Shown here: piece after piece, positions 13,601 through 28,600 of the stretch | Layout of the letters: each line of letters begins with the position of its first letter | How positions within the stretch are numbered: position 1 is the stretch's first letter | The notes under the pieces: model-generated | What the model was told of the DNA's origin: nothing | Seen by the model: only the letters and a program-made list of their open reading frames with translations | Database searches by the model: none | Program-made: the position numbers and the translations under genes | NCBI RefSeq assembly: GCF_964204645.1 | Contig: NC_134027.1 | Location: 4,434,485 to 4,498,484, forward strand | Length of the DNA: 64,000 nucleotides | Source: Tubulanus polymorphus | Taxonomy: Eukaryota > Animalia > Nemertea | Direction: 5' to 3'

Positions 13601-16600
13601 CTTTTTAGAAATAACTAGATTCGCCTGGGTGAATAGATTCAAAGTACATTCATGTCACATTAAAATGCGACTATCACGGACGTCTTAATCCTTTATAAAA
13701 ATGCCATTTTGCTTTTTTGTGAGAATTGCGATGATGATCGTGGGCCGTGACACAAAAGCTCCGGATCCTACACATATCAGAAATAATTACGGGTCTTCAG
13801 CTTCTGAGCATCGCGAAATGAAATTTCCCATCAGATGCGATACCACCTACACAACACTAGAAAACGTCCTCGTAAAGTGTTTTATTTCTTTGTTTGTGAA
13901 TAAAACGACGCGTCCCACAATGTGAACACCCACTCGAATCAAATATGAAATACACAGATGAGTAAAAATACGTCTACCGCCTGAATTCGACCACGTTCAT
14001 GGAATCCATGAATCCGTGATGTTCAACAAAAATAACCAATCATAGAAATATGGAAAGTATCTATCGAAAAGAAAAAGAAATATACGTAGGTTGAATCTAG
14101 ATTTTTACAAAATTTCATCAAAGATTACGAATAGATAAGTGTTCAGGGGAAAGCGCCTGTCTATTAAACATCAAACAATCTTCATTATTAATACCCCATT
14201 TATCGCTAGTAAGACCAGTAAAACATGCTCGGCTGGACGCGTATTAATATTCAATTGTAGCCACACAAATTAAGCCTATTAACGAAAACGCCGCTTCCAT
14301 TTTCCAACGTTTTCACACGATTTTGTTTCTTTGTGGATACAAATTTCATCATTTCAAACTTTATCAAAATGAAGGAATATCTTCGAAGACTTTAATCCAA
14401 AAATTAGAAATGCAGTGATCGATGAGAGTGCATTTAACAAGCATCCAGCACCTAGCGATGATGATAATAATCGCTTAATGAGGAAAATCCTCTAGAGACC
14501 AACTTTAAGGTCGCACTTATCTGAAACACATTACTCAAGTATATGTCTCGGCTGGATTTTAAGACAGACATGCTATCGTCTATGACTAGAGCGTATGCCT
14601 GGATAGTAATTATTTTTGAAGATTTGACGCATGCCTCGTGCTCAATTACATTTTCAGCGGGTAGGATTCGATCATACTAATGGAAAATAACTTATAACCA
14701 AAAAACCGAAAATATCATTCTGGTCATGCGATCGTCAATTTGTGTATGATAAATCCCTCGGGATGAGGCTCACTTGAGTGTCAAAGAGCATCAATGCACT
14801 TCAAATATTAGCAGAGTTTCTGGTGTAAACGGCTTAAACACAAGCCGTGCGCAGTAAGGTGTATTAATGTAGAGCCATCCTCTCTTGTAAGACACCCAAA
14901 ATTCTCAGCCGTTTGGCCCCCTAGTGTTCACAGCGGTAATCTTTTATTTAGACAATAGATGGAATATTGCTATTCAACTGAGCGGAAAACCTCCGAGTCG
15001 AATTCACGACCAGACTCCTCAGAGCGGCCATTACTACGGTTAACCACTTCAGATGCTTCAAAACCCATATGTTCTTATGGGAACTTTTTCCACCGTAGTG
15101 TCCTCTGACCAGCCATACCCCGAGGATACGTCCATCTCTCTCTGAGCACAAAAAAATATCCAGATTCAAAAAGGATCTGTGACCAGAAAGCTGCATTCAA
15201 CATATGCATCACGGTGTAAGACGAGTATATCATTGGAGGTGAAGAGGGATTAGTTCCTTATAAAAATATATCGATGTATCCGAAACAGTCGCCTGTCATC
15301 CCAGCGGGTCATCGAGAAAACATAAAATTGCATATTCTCCGCGTGGATTGAATACAATCCGCTCAAATCTTTGATAAATCACTTAAGTGTAAAAAATACG
15401 AATAGCTCGCCTCAGTGAACAAAACAAAGAAAAAAATAAAAATCGACCACAAGGACACGTCTTATTGGCTATTTTTGACGATTTGATCAATTTTTCGATG
15501 TGTACTCATTACTACCCAGATTTGCAAGGCTTCATAGACGGGCAACAGCACTTGTAAGAATTTAAATTATCGTTGTTCCTTGAAGTTGATTCATTGTCAG
15601 AAGTTTATCGGTCAGAACGATCTGTTTTATCATAATTGTGGCGACAATTCCACAATCATCTCGGGGGCGCCTGTATTACGATATGTCCAAGAAAAAAAAA
15701 TTATTTCTTATCAGTCGAACGAGATGAAAAAATTCATTTTCAGATCTGTAGTTCTGTGGCAGATGAAAGTAAATCTTGATTCCTGACTCAACTGAGATAT
15801 ACTTCCCGCATGGCGTACCGCGTATAAGGGTGTAAATTAAGATTTTACGAAAAGCAACATAATTCATGCATACACAAGTAAATGAAGGAAAAATGAACTT
15901 GAAGCAAAAGCGTACAACACCAATATCTAGGCGAATCCAGTGTTTAGGAAATCATCACCGTTTTTAAGATTAAGGAAGTAAACAATGAAATAGAAAAGAA
16001 TATCTGTTGGGTGATGATTTTCTGGATTACCCCAGTACACCGTTACGCCAGACAAATTAGTGATCTACCTCCGCCTCGGCTTCTGCTTGCCTTTCTTGTT
16101 CGTCGCGGTATTGTCTTTGTCTGTCTTCAAATTCTCTTAATCGTCGGTTATACTGTTCTAACTGTTCTCTTAAAACGCTGTCTTCAACCTAGAAAGAAAG
16201 ATTAACTGGACATCTGAATATTTTGTCGAAGTAGAAATTGCCTCTAACGAAATGCGTATTTGAAAAGGAGTGGTTCAGGAGTGGGATACGTATGGCACGA
16301 CAAAACAATAAAAATGAATCATAAGTAACACAGACATCAGGGAAGTAGTTGTAAAACATGTATAACTTTTTATTGGATTCATTTAAATGTACTTTTATCT
16401 ATAGGGCTTCCCTTCCGGCTATTAGGCTATGTCCTACTAACCTATGCGTTCTTGGAAAGCTTTTCATGAATCGAAGGAACTCGCAAACTAAACATTTGTG
16501 GTCAGAAATGGCGAGATTATTTACTATACAACAATTATGTAACTATTTTTATTCTGACAGGAATAGACAGATATAGGCACCCATATGCCGCCTACTGAGT

Positions 16601-19600
16601 CATAGGAACCTTCCCTAACAATTATCATAATAATCCTCTTTCATTAGACCGCCGTGATTTCCTGTGTCCGCTGCAGTATTTTTATGATTTATCAACCGAG
16701 TGGAAGACATTTTCAATTCAAACTATTATTGCTTTGAATGTGACATTACATTGGTCATTATATCACAGTTATTATCGTCAATCCCAGTTTTCAAACTGAA
16801 AGTATTGTGAGCTCACTGATTCTCATCCGTAGTATCTTTTATTATTCCGAAACTGAAACGAACGACAAGACTACTTTATTCGTGTTTTCACATGTATGCA
16901 TGTGGAGTCTCCAACCAAGAGGACGTGACCAATTATCGAAAAAGCTATCGTTACGTCGCAATGGGTTTTGTGTCATTTCGTCGCGGTTCTTTATGAATTT
17001 CGTGCAAGATTGTGTGTGATCGGTTTGTAAAATGAAATAAATGAAGATCTGCCTGTTCAATTTGTACCACTATCAGTGTCTAGATAATATACGCAGAAGG
17101 GAAAGGCTCATCATATTCTCAGTAAAAAACCAAAATTCTGAGAGTCTTGCTTTCTCTGCGACAGACACCTTTTCCCATGGACGATAGCAACCAGCCTCCT
17201 GCCGAGGCTTCGTGACGTGTCTTCGGCTGTTTCGGCGGCAATGACAACAAGTCACAGCGGGTAATTAAAATCAGCAAATTTCCTCGTCAATTCGTCGAAA
17301 TAAATTCAAGCCAAGCGAGTGGTTTCCCCTTCCGCGAAACACAATAGCTCGCACGATCTGCTATACGTGCGAGTTATCAGTCTATGATTCAACTGAATCG
17401 GAATTAAAATTTCAAAAGTATCCCGAATGTTTCTTTCTGCGATCATTAACAAAAACATCAAAAGCGCTTTTTGTTTTTATATATACATGAACAGCACAAT
17501 GGACCAGAATGTTAAGATCGTTTGAACAGGTTTAAATGGCAAATATGCATGACTGGGCCTGCTATTTTAATTAATTCACGGCAATAAAAGCTAGCGTTTG
17601 CGAAAGCAAAGCCGTTGTTTAATTGATGACAGAATAATTAACGTGAGTCGATACTGCCTGATGACACGTATAACGCTGAACTATAACGATATATCTCAAA
17701 ATCAGTTTCCAGACATCGTTGTCGGTCGGCCTCTTCAAAATTTGATTATTTCAATAGATAAGAAACGATGATAATACTTTTAAGGTATATGGACTCGGTT
17801 GAATGGTATAAGTCCATAGCTAAATGAATTGACGATATAGTGATCACATACCTGGGCCCTTTCATCGTCATATTCTAAACAACCAGTACCATCTAATCTC
17901 TGTAAATCAATCCATCCTCGCCACTGAACACAAACACCATTCATTATAAATCGAGACCGTAAATGTACCTAAAATTTAAAAGAAATATATGATAAAATCA
18001 TTTAAAGACTGTAGATTACTTTATCGTATTCTCATGATATAATACAAAATTTACTATGAGTGGTTTTTACTGTTATTGTGTATCTATTCGTGGTATGATT
18101 TATAACTATGAATACCAGAACTTGTTTTGCGACGTTTGATTCGCAAAGTAGCCCACAACCCGGACAGGTGACACGTTCGCGCACAATAGGTTATCAAAAA
18201 ATGATAATCGTGCGTAAAAGTGCGGCTAACCGACGACTGCACCGAGAAAACCACAACAAACATAGAAAATATTCCCGGAATCGTTGATCATTTAGACAGA
18301 ATATATCTGAACGAACCAGGATTTCCAACAGGTTCTCTTTTAATGCAGTTCACAAACTAGATCAATTCTGTCATTTATCAATGATAATCAAATTACGTGT
18401 CTAGGCAGACAATATTATGATCTATCACGAGCATAATACACAGCGTTGAAATATAGATCGTTTTTATCGTCATTATTTCACGGCGAGTGTTTTATCGTAA
18501 GTAGTCCTCTAGTGCGAGGGACACACTTGAATAATTTATACTCGTCGTGTGAGATCCTTGACCAATTTTTTTTCTTTTGTCCGTTCGATGACCAGCGCGC
18601 AAAGAATGACCAACGATTTTAGACGCATCCAAAAAAGACATTCTCATTAACATATGAACATTAGTGAACAATAATGTCTCGTAAAAAATGTCATAGGATT
18701 TTGACATACGAGAAATATTTGAGTACTTGTTTGAAGAAAAACCCTGGAAACTCGGGAGGCACGTGGTATACTTCAAAGAAAGGTTGACCTGTGGCATTGG
18801 TCATCGGTACAGGGTGAGTTATCGATGTGCCCGAGCCAGACAATAGCGATTGAGCTGGTAATGATGCGTCCTATTCTATCATTGCATCATGAATGAATCT
18901 GACGACTTGAGATGGAATTAATATTCGCTACAGGTATCGACTAGACAAACGCATCTCATTTAGCAAGTCAATACTGTAACACTATCACCTGACCATCTGT
19001 CTCTCATTTCACAGACGATTTTCATTTCAAAAAACCAATCTATTTTTGAGATGATATCATGATGCTATCATTCCATATTGAATCATTGCTTTCCTTTTAT
19101 TAAATCATACGAGCAATGGCACCTAAGATAAACACATAACATTTATTTCATTTTTGATACTACAATGCGAGAACGCAAAGCGAGCTCATCAATGACCGTT
19201 TTATTGCAAATATTTGTGTGGTTAATGGGAAACATTCTTCTCCGAAAAACAATTCAGAAAACAGGAATGTTTTTCTTATCAGTGAAACATTCCCTAACAG
19301 AATGAGCGATGTGTCTACGGCTCATGTTCTAGAGATCAAATCTCCGAATTATTCCTAGAAAACATTTCATGAAAAAACTACACATTATTCTATTTATATT
19401 ATACTTATTAACGATACAAGCCGTGATTTCAGTGACTCTCAAAAATGTATAAATAGCATTTAATCGTGATGAAACTATTTCGACAACAGAAATTATCAAG
19501 AGTTGTTATCATCCAGAGCAAGAGACGAGACTTACAAAAATGCACAGAATCCACCCACAACAAGTATTATCATTGACACTAGTTAGTAGTACTCATTACA

Positions 19601-22600
19601 AACATCTGAGCTATTTATTTGGAGCTGATTATACTCCTCGACTCGGCGAACCAGGAATCTGAGAAAACCCTATCAAACATCGACAAAATAATACGCAAAT
19701 GTCTGGTCTAAAACTGGGGTTAGTTTGACCTTGGAGTAATCATCTAGTCACGATAATCTCTCCAAGGTTATTTTTTTCATTTTGTCTCTAATGTTGTCTC
19801 ACTTAACAGACACGGACTGTAATAATTCTTTACTCTCTAAAGCTCTGGTTTATTCTGTAACATAAATGTTGTAATAAGTACAGATGATAAAAACTAACAT
19901 TAACGTCCATGCAGCTGCGCAGTATAGCACTGGTGTGTATAATCAAGTATAAATTAGTCCTATGAGTTTGGATATGAATATAATCATGATCGTTTTTTAA
20001 TAATCTATACGTAATGTTGGGTGAATGCACCTCGTGTGCAATGTTGACACAGGTGAGCGTCGTTGATAGTAGAACACTAGTTCAACTGACGGTATAGATG
20101 TTGAAAAGTCATCCAGAGGTACTTCCGTCGCACTAGCGATGAAGTCTCTCATTGCTATCGCACATAGCTATCAAACAGGTGTGGAATACGAGTTATCCCA
20201 ACTGCTCATCCTGTATAGCACTGAGCCTATCGAAAGTGGAACGAATTTCAATTTTAATCCGCTGGGATCTACCAGGTAATAATAAACCCAGGTGCATCTT
20301 TTCAGTTTCTCCCAAAATTGATGATCACCGCCTGAGATGTTGTTTGAAATGTGTTCGTGTGAATATCTTAACCAAACGGCTTTTGTCAAATTTGTCAAAT
20401 GATAATCATTAAAACGTATTAGGTTCATTGAAGCGATAACGCATTAGCCCGTAGCATCTTCATAAAACCGTATAATATCTCGGATCTTTATCAGGGCCTG
20501 GGCGCACCTTTTCATCCGGTAATTAAATATGCAAATTGATACATATACGACGTGATTTAAGAAGTTCGTGGCCTTTATTATCCGTGAGTAAATCAAGAGA
20601 ATGGGCTTGATTTTGACGTGACTGTTCGGGTCTTCCTTTTTACCGATGAATACACGCTTTTCAAAGTTAGAATCACACTCGAAAACCTGCTCGGCTTCAA
20701 AGGCAATTAGATTCCAAAACCTGAGACATATGGAGTTTTTTTGGATTATGCATTGTGATCGGGAATCGACGTTTAGCCCAAGGTCGCCGGGCGTACAATG
20801 ATTGCATTAAAAAGGGCGGATAGCATCATGGCATGGAATGAAACGGTTTGTACAGAACGTGTTGCTCGCTTGATATCGGAACAATGGGCACACGGTTGAT
20901 CAGATTGATCCATCGTTTTCGAATGCAATTAATTCAGTTTTCGCCACCACACTCAGGTGTCACCAATGTCAATAATTCATCGCTAGTTCAGTTCTGTTTA
21001 ACAGAATTTCTACTGCAGATGGGCAGTAATTTCTATCGTGTACGAGATGTTTTCGTTTCGTTGCCATGGGTCGAATTTCCATCTGTTGAAAATTAGATTT
21101 TTTGTTACAATCATTGATTGCATTCAAACGAAACGACATAAAACACGAACTGGACAATCCCACTATGAACTTCAAAAAGTACATTAGTCAATGTTCGAAA
21201 TAATTGTGCACTTAATTTCAACTCTATAACATTTGCCAAATGTTGTCACGTCTGTGTTAATACCGTGATAAAGGTTTACAATGATTTTTATCAAAAATAC
21301 ATAAAGATATTCAGCTGCTTCATTGAATAATTGATGAATAATTAATTACCATAAATGGAAAAAATTTCACGATAGTATTTTCAAAATCAATTTATTTGTT
21401 TTTCGAATTGACTTATGAAATATATTCATATAAAATAACCAGGTTTTCACATAAGTTCTCGTCACATTCCTCAATGAAAAACAGTAATCTAAAATACGGT
21501 AGCATTAAAGCTACTGCTAAGTCAAAGCACGAAGATACATGAATAATTATTCAGATGAAAAGAAGGTTTTCGAACGCACCACACCAATTTGGACGCTAAC
21601 CCACAGCCTAACAAACGTGATTCCCATTTCAATATTTGCAAAAAAAACACTATTATATGTAGTGACATACAACATTATCCAAAGGTTCTTTTCGATAAGA
21701 AAATAGAAAAAACGATGTTTATTCAGTTGAATATTTCAAGTGGAAGAACATTCGCGTCAACGTCCAAGAGCTAATTTACATCAAATCGTCAATTCAAGGT
21801 CACAAATGGGACAGTAAGTTTAACAGTCAGGAAGCTAATGCAGACACTTGTCGAATAACGGAAAATTGCATCGGGACACGAAACAAGTGGTCTCGAAAAA
21901 ATGGATTTACAACACCTGCACGCGCTTAGTATATGTAATAAAATTATCGAAGATCAACAGAGATCCACTTAAACATCTGAACATGAGATTCAACGACATT
22001 GTCAAATGCAGTCGGAATACTTTCATTGTATTTTCAACAAGTCAAACAAAACAGTTAGCGTTAGTTTGCAGCTGCCCATTCAACATCAGCAATATTAAAA
22101 AAAAAACAACATTCAAATACTCTCCCATTGATTATGTAAAAACATTATCGCAATACTCATGTCCATTCTAGTGACGTTTTCATGCCGTTGTTTTAATGAT
22201 GTGCTTTGCAAAAAGTAACCAATTTGTTGTACCAATAATGAGGGTGGGTATCGGGTATATATACACATAATTTCTTTGTTCTCGTATATGATGGAATAAC
22301 GATATCACTGACGCCCAGTCTCATTAATGTCACGATGTTAGAAAATACTATTCGATTAATCGATGCCAAAAATGAAGTAACAGCACATCGAACTGTTCAT
22401 ATCGAGCAAACGGAATACCGAGGTCATGTTGGAATCTTCGAAAAAGCCGATTGTTAGAAGACTGTATTTACTATCATCAGTTGGATTTGAGCAGATTGCT
22501 GGACAATTTGATGATGCCTATCAATTTATAAAGCCCATAGCAACTGTCTCCTGGTCAGCTTCCATCCGTCGAATTTACGATATTACTATCAAAACTGTGA

Positions 22601-25600
22601 TTAGACGAAAGTCACTGACTATTCAGTATAAAGCCGCTCGCGGCTGGCCATTTAGATGATAATAATACTGACCACTGGTCAAGTCATCTTTACGGTTTAC
22701 CTTAGAGGGGCATCGATCAAACACGCTACAATAACCGACCGCTGGGCAAAAGATATGCAGGTCATTAAAGACGCCACTTCAAGAAGAATAGCACCTTATG
22801 CTCCGGCCTGTCTTGCAGAGTGGACACTGGTCAAGAACAAAGAACACGGTGTCCGATTGACCATCGCAGCATCTGTACAAACTTGTCGATCTGATAAAAC
22901 CTAATGAGATCGAGGGGCATAGAGAATCGCTGGGGCTAGTAGTCATTATTTCACGCTGCACGTTTTTCAACGTTATTTCAATTACTATCTTTATGTTTCC
23001 AATTAAACCAATCGTGAATACGACGCCCACGGAGTCGACGAATAATGCTTCAACATTTACAAATGATTGACACTAGATTTTCAGATATATGACGTTATTT
23101 TCGTATAGAATATTATGACAGAAGTTTATATGCCTGGTGAATCGCAAAATGATGCCTCATCAACAAAATATGATCAGTTCAGAGTACCAGACAGTTAGTC
23201 AAGTCGGTATCAAATCTTCAAACTGCTGCATCATTTTCATGATGACATAACAGAATTCTGGACAATCATTCATCATGATTCTGGCGGATGGGCGAAATTT
23301 CATCGTTCATTAATCACTGCGCACTTAAAAACACGTCAAGACGGTGTTGAGACATGACAAATGACCTGCGATTCGAGAGATCACCCGTGCATTCGCGAGC
23401 AGTCGAAACTTCGGACACCCACTGGGCGAAATTAAACTGGAAATCCATTTCGCCCTTTCAGATGTCAATGGCAGATCAACCTGTTTCGTATGCTTTCGAA
23501 CACAGGTCCAGGAAATGAGCTTATGTTCCCCGTAAAAAATGCGCAATCCAATCCGTGACAACACAAAGCGATTCTGTATCTGCGACTCACACGTATTAAA
23601 TTTCAAAAGCGGGGCATTAAAAACCTATTGTCACATGGATAATACGAATCGTAATCAACTAATTATTGAATTATGATTTCAAGCGTTTTGACAATGTGAA
23701 AAGTTTAATGTTGATCATTATTTTACAACGATTGTGACTGTGATTTTTAGAAAAGAACTGTATTTTTTAATTTGACGACGGAAAAAGGCTACGCACATTC
23801 TAACAAGGTTTAAACTTAATCAAAATTCAACTCTCTAAACTTAAAGCGATAATGGCTTTGGTGGCTGGCAATTTATTTATCTAACTCTACCAGAGACACG
23901 TGTTCGAACTTTCAAACATGAAGTGGCCAATAGGGAACATTTGACTCTTAATTATTTCGATTCTAAATTTTGAACTCGATCCATCAAACTCAACGCACTG
24001 GGCAATGATGCAATGAAGCATTCGCGCAGAAAGCTCGCGCAACATTTCAGATGAAGAAGTCATCAAGAAGACTTATTCCCTCGACAGAGTCGAGCATGTC
24101 ACGAAAGCAGAATGTCCGTCACAGTCAAATAGGCCTAAACAGAAATCATCCCAAGGTAAAGAAATATGATTTCTACGACATCATTAAAATTTCATTTTCC
24201 ATCTGTTTGAGATATTTTCGCACCATTTTTCAATATACATCCGAAAATGAGATACGGTTGTATCTCGCAGTAAAACTGATAGTAAAGCTAACGCAGAATT
24301 TCTCTGAAAGACCGTAGTTAGGTCAATGGTAAAAGTTCATTAGCAGAGAAAATGAGGACCTTTCGTCTACCATGAGAACACCGTTTCAGTAGAGTAATAC
24401 GTGGTGATTCCAGCGAGAGCGATAAGTCAAGTTTCCGTCTGACAGACTGAACACAGGTTTAATTGAAGCCGATTATTAAGGTCGATGATGTCAATGCCAT
24501 ATAAGCCTGATCGATCAAACAAAACGACAGTGCCCTGATATTCCTGATGAAAAGGAAAATGTTAAATGTGTTTTCGATATCTATCGAGAGATTTATTGAA
24601 ATGCTAAAAGGTTACAAAATAGCGTATAACGTATATACAGAATACCAACCTTTACGAGGTATTTCCTGGGTGTGGTTTGCGGAAAGCCTGGGGCAGTGCA
24701 TTAGATCAATATATCTGGTTCGATCAATTATTTTCAATAACAAAACGAAGAGATATACGTACGACAGTCTTTGAACTTCGGTCGTAAAAAATTCTACCCT
24801 TCGAGATTATTCCCGGCTCATTGACAGAACAGAACGGGCGTGAAATTGATAAACAAGATAAATGAGATACCAAAGAAAAGAAGATGTAACAATAATGTCT
24901 GATACATTAGAATACCAGACGATTTGTATTTAAGTTAAACGAATGTGAACGGTAGATTATACACATCGATGCATCAAATCAAAGCGGATTCTATTATTTA
25001 TGAACGTATATTTCTAAATAAGTCGGCTGCACCTATCAGTCCGATTAAAATTAATCAGACACAGAGTAAGTATCGAATTACTCAGAAGTTTTTCTAGTAT
25101 GCCGGGATATCGATGTTAATATTTTATCAAGTCAGTAGCTATACTGACTGCGATATAACCACGGTACGTCTGACTGGTGCCAAAGATCAGACAAACTTTC
25201 TCGCTTCGGGCTACCGATAAAATATAAATGCGGTAACGACTAATCATAACACATAGTGGATATTTGATAAAATAACTCAGTTTGGGTTTCTGTCTTACCA
25301 ATATCATATTAATATTATCACGTTAAAAATGTAAGTTAATAAGAAAATTACAGGAAAAATGGCCTATAATTTTCAAACCGGCTATAAAAGAATTCATCCA
25401 TTCGAAAATTACTAGCAATTAGCACTGAAATTAGCGCAGTTTCTTATACAGTAACACGTAAACGGATGTCATAAAATCATAAGGCTCTCGATATAAATAT
25501 GCTCGTTAATCGCCGTATAAAATTCACAGACCTGTAAAATCGTTTTTAATGTTTTCTATGGATGTAGCAGAATCAATGTAAAAGGAAGTCAAATAGACTA

Positions 25601-28600
25601 TCAAAACACGTGTATACTCAACAGAACATTTCCAACACGAATCTATCCATGTAATAGTACATGAATTCAGGATGTGCTTTTCATCAAACCTTTCCTGCCT
25701 TTCAGGAATACTGGTGTAAATCGGAAAATCAACGCAAATACCAATGAAGAGGAATCGTTCCCTATATTGAATTTGATCATTTTCAATTAAGGAAACCAAT
25801 GAAGAAAAATGAGTTGAAGTTCAGTGATTTGTATAATGAAATTGTACCATTTCGTGTTAACGCTGAATTAAGATACTCAAACTAACATGACTCAGTGAAG
25901 TTCGCGATACATTTCACAATCTCTTGTATGCAGGACGTTTCTTCTTGTTTTAAGCATCAGAAATAATCACCTGAATGTCGAGTTTAATTGCCCAACGAAG
26001 CAATTTCCATTAACGTAAAATACACGAGCACAACGCGTACAGAGTGTCGATTAACTTCCAAATCAGCGGATGTGACTTCAAGTGACAAATGACGGAGTTC
26101 TCAGATAAACGTGATCGCTGCGAGTCGTGAAAAAGTTCGAAGTGTTTTCTTTGCTCTTTCGAGTTCGAAGTTAAACGATGATTTTAGTAGGATTTCCAAA
26201 CACTTCCATTCGATAATTATCGTTTGATCATTTCTCGATTGGGTTTCACGGATCATTTCTTGGTTAAGTGAAATAGTATATAACCAATAGTATCTCTTGC
26301 GGTACAAGTAAAGTAACTTTAGAAATCGAGGAATTGAATTGTAACCTTGGTCAAGTGAATGGCGCTATTGGCTGAATTCGTTTCGCAGTTTCGTAATTCT
26401 GGTCAAGCAATCAATTAAGGAATTTTCAATTTCAGTAATTGACATCGGAACAGTAACAACGATCGTTTCTTTCAGTTCGGGTAGACACGATTATATTCCA
26501 GTCAACTGTGATCTACACGGCGAAGAAACATGAGTAGATTCCCGTGTACATATGTCAGTCATGTATTGAACCTGACTATCTTTGGGCTATTCATCTTCAT
26601 TAAACGCTCTTCCTCTTTTGCAACGTCGACGAATTGCAGAAAATACTCACATCGGCACCAATCCAATTTGTAAATCTCGCGTAGAATAGCAAGATTCTCT
26701 GGGATAAACACGCAATCTAGAAAACCTAACACTGTCCATTGTCCCTTGACGACAGCTATATTTTACATAATGGCGACGGTGGTTTACCCATAAAGTTTAA
26801 TCGTGAAAATGGATGAGAATTTTTCAAAAACTGCGGTAAGATTGAGTAGAATACAATTCGACCTATTGAGAGTTTAGACATAGCGAGAGCAGTAGAAAAT
26901 GCCGAGTGAATATGCGTGGTTTAAAAGTATATCTTCGGTGTATCGGATATAGCGGGTATATTTTGGGGTCATTTTTCCATATCTTAAGAAAACTAAAAAC
27001 GTTATTAACTTTCGGAAATTGCTTCGTTTTAATCATCGGCGGATAATAAAACGGATTCTTAAAGAAATTCAATCTTTTTTAATGCGACGTTATTGTAAAC
27101 AGAGGATAGAATATCAAACGCAATACAGAATGTCGCAACTTTTCTGATTAAAATTACTAATGAGATTTACTTTAAGGCTAAAATAATCTTCAACCACCCC
27201 TAGAGTAACCTTTCATCACCTCTGGATTAATCTGATTACATCAACGAAGCGCAATATTGTTCAAACTTCCGACAAAACTAACGCATCGACATCACTTGTT
27301 TGACTATTAACGAACTCCGTATAATAGGATAATTAAAGGTCGCGCGCGCGCGGGCCTTTTCAGCGATTTTAATCCTAGTTGGGCAAGGTCAAGGGATATT
27401 ACGCGTATGATATTTCATTTTAAGCAGTGTCGGTGATTTTTCTTTTTCCGTCACAAGATCCGCTGTCTAGAGCAGCGATAAGACGTGATGCAATGACTAA
27501 TTACAGAGATTGTATCCGGATACTGTCTAGTTACTGAGCACCGATTCAGGTGACAACGTCAATGTCAGATATAACTGTCCCGGTCCTATTGTCAATTGGC
27601 AATAAGCCGCCTGACTCTTTATACGACGATTCCCGGACGTTTCAAATTCGACAGAAAAGGTTTTAAATTCAAATTAGGCTACTTTGCAATTAGATAATAT
27701 CTTACAACACGGCGTGTGTCTACCTTTTCACTAGCTGTCAACTGAATAAGGCATCTTTGACAACCTTTTTATTCGCGAGCGATTAAGAATTTCTTCTTCG
27801 AGATTTCCTGAACTTTTTTCATTTGAAAGAAAGATTTATGTAATTCGCTGGAGATCCTTCCTCTTCAGAATGATAGCATCTCCGAAGTCACGAATGATTT
27901 ACACGCGTAAATAGTTCATCCTTTCCGAACAACATCAAATTCCATTCAAATGACTTCGTTACAAAGTGCCGCGGAAAGATAGCAAGTGGATGACGCGAAC
28001 TGTGAAATATTATGTCATAGAAAATGCCGGTCACGACTTGCAACTGACAAATTTGATGATTCCATCTATTGAACATTTCAATTACTGTCCGAATGTTGAT
28101 GGAGACGATATCTTCATCATTAGTTTTGCTCTATCGCTCCGTGGAACAGTAATAAAATGACAGATGTTGTGATTTCGAACTGTTTTCGTCGTCTGAACTG
28201 AGCGTAATGCGTTTTTTATTGTAATAACAGTCGAATTACTGCATATCTACGTCTAATTTTCGGGAAATAAAAACCATATTTTGTGCTCTTCGATTTCCCG
28301 CTTTCTTTGAACATATTCGGTGTCATTCAATTCCATCGGTATAGAATGAGTATCACGTAACCTGAGAATGATATAGTCTCTAGCTTACCTTTCCGGATTC
28401 TCTGTCGAAGTCGACATTCTCTCTGGGAACTATTGGTGAACTATCCGTCCCCCAAACATTACTATCGTAGAAATATAACTGGAGATTTGTACCCGTATTC
28501 GTGAAAGCCTAAAAAAAATATGTGTAAAACAGATTAACAATATCGTCGTATTGTAGGTAGAAATACGTCTTCGAAAAAAACAACATTTCCTCCTTCACCC

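Noticed and set aside
20070-20280. Open plus-strand frame ending at AG|gtaata (possible nested exon)
   Set aside because: No good acceptor, no recognisable peptide, no partner exons
22701-22891. Possible poison exon in CBFB intron 3
   Set aside because: Weak polypyrimidine tract; such splice-site pairs are expected by chance in a 10-kb intron
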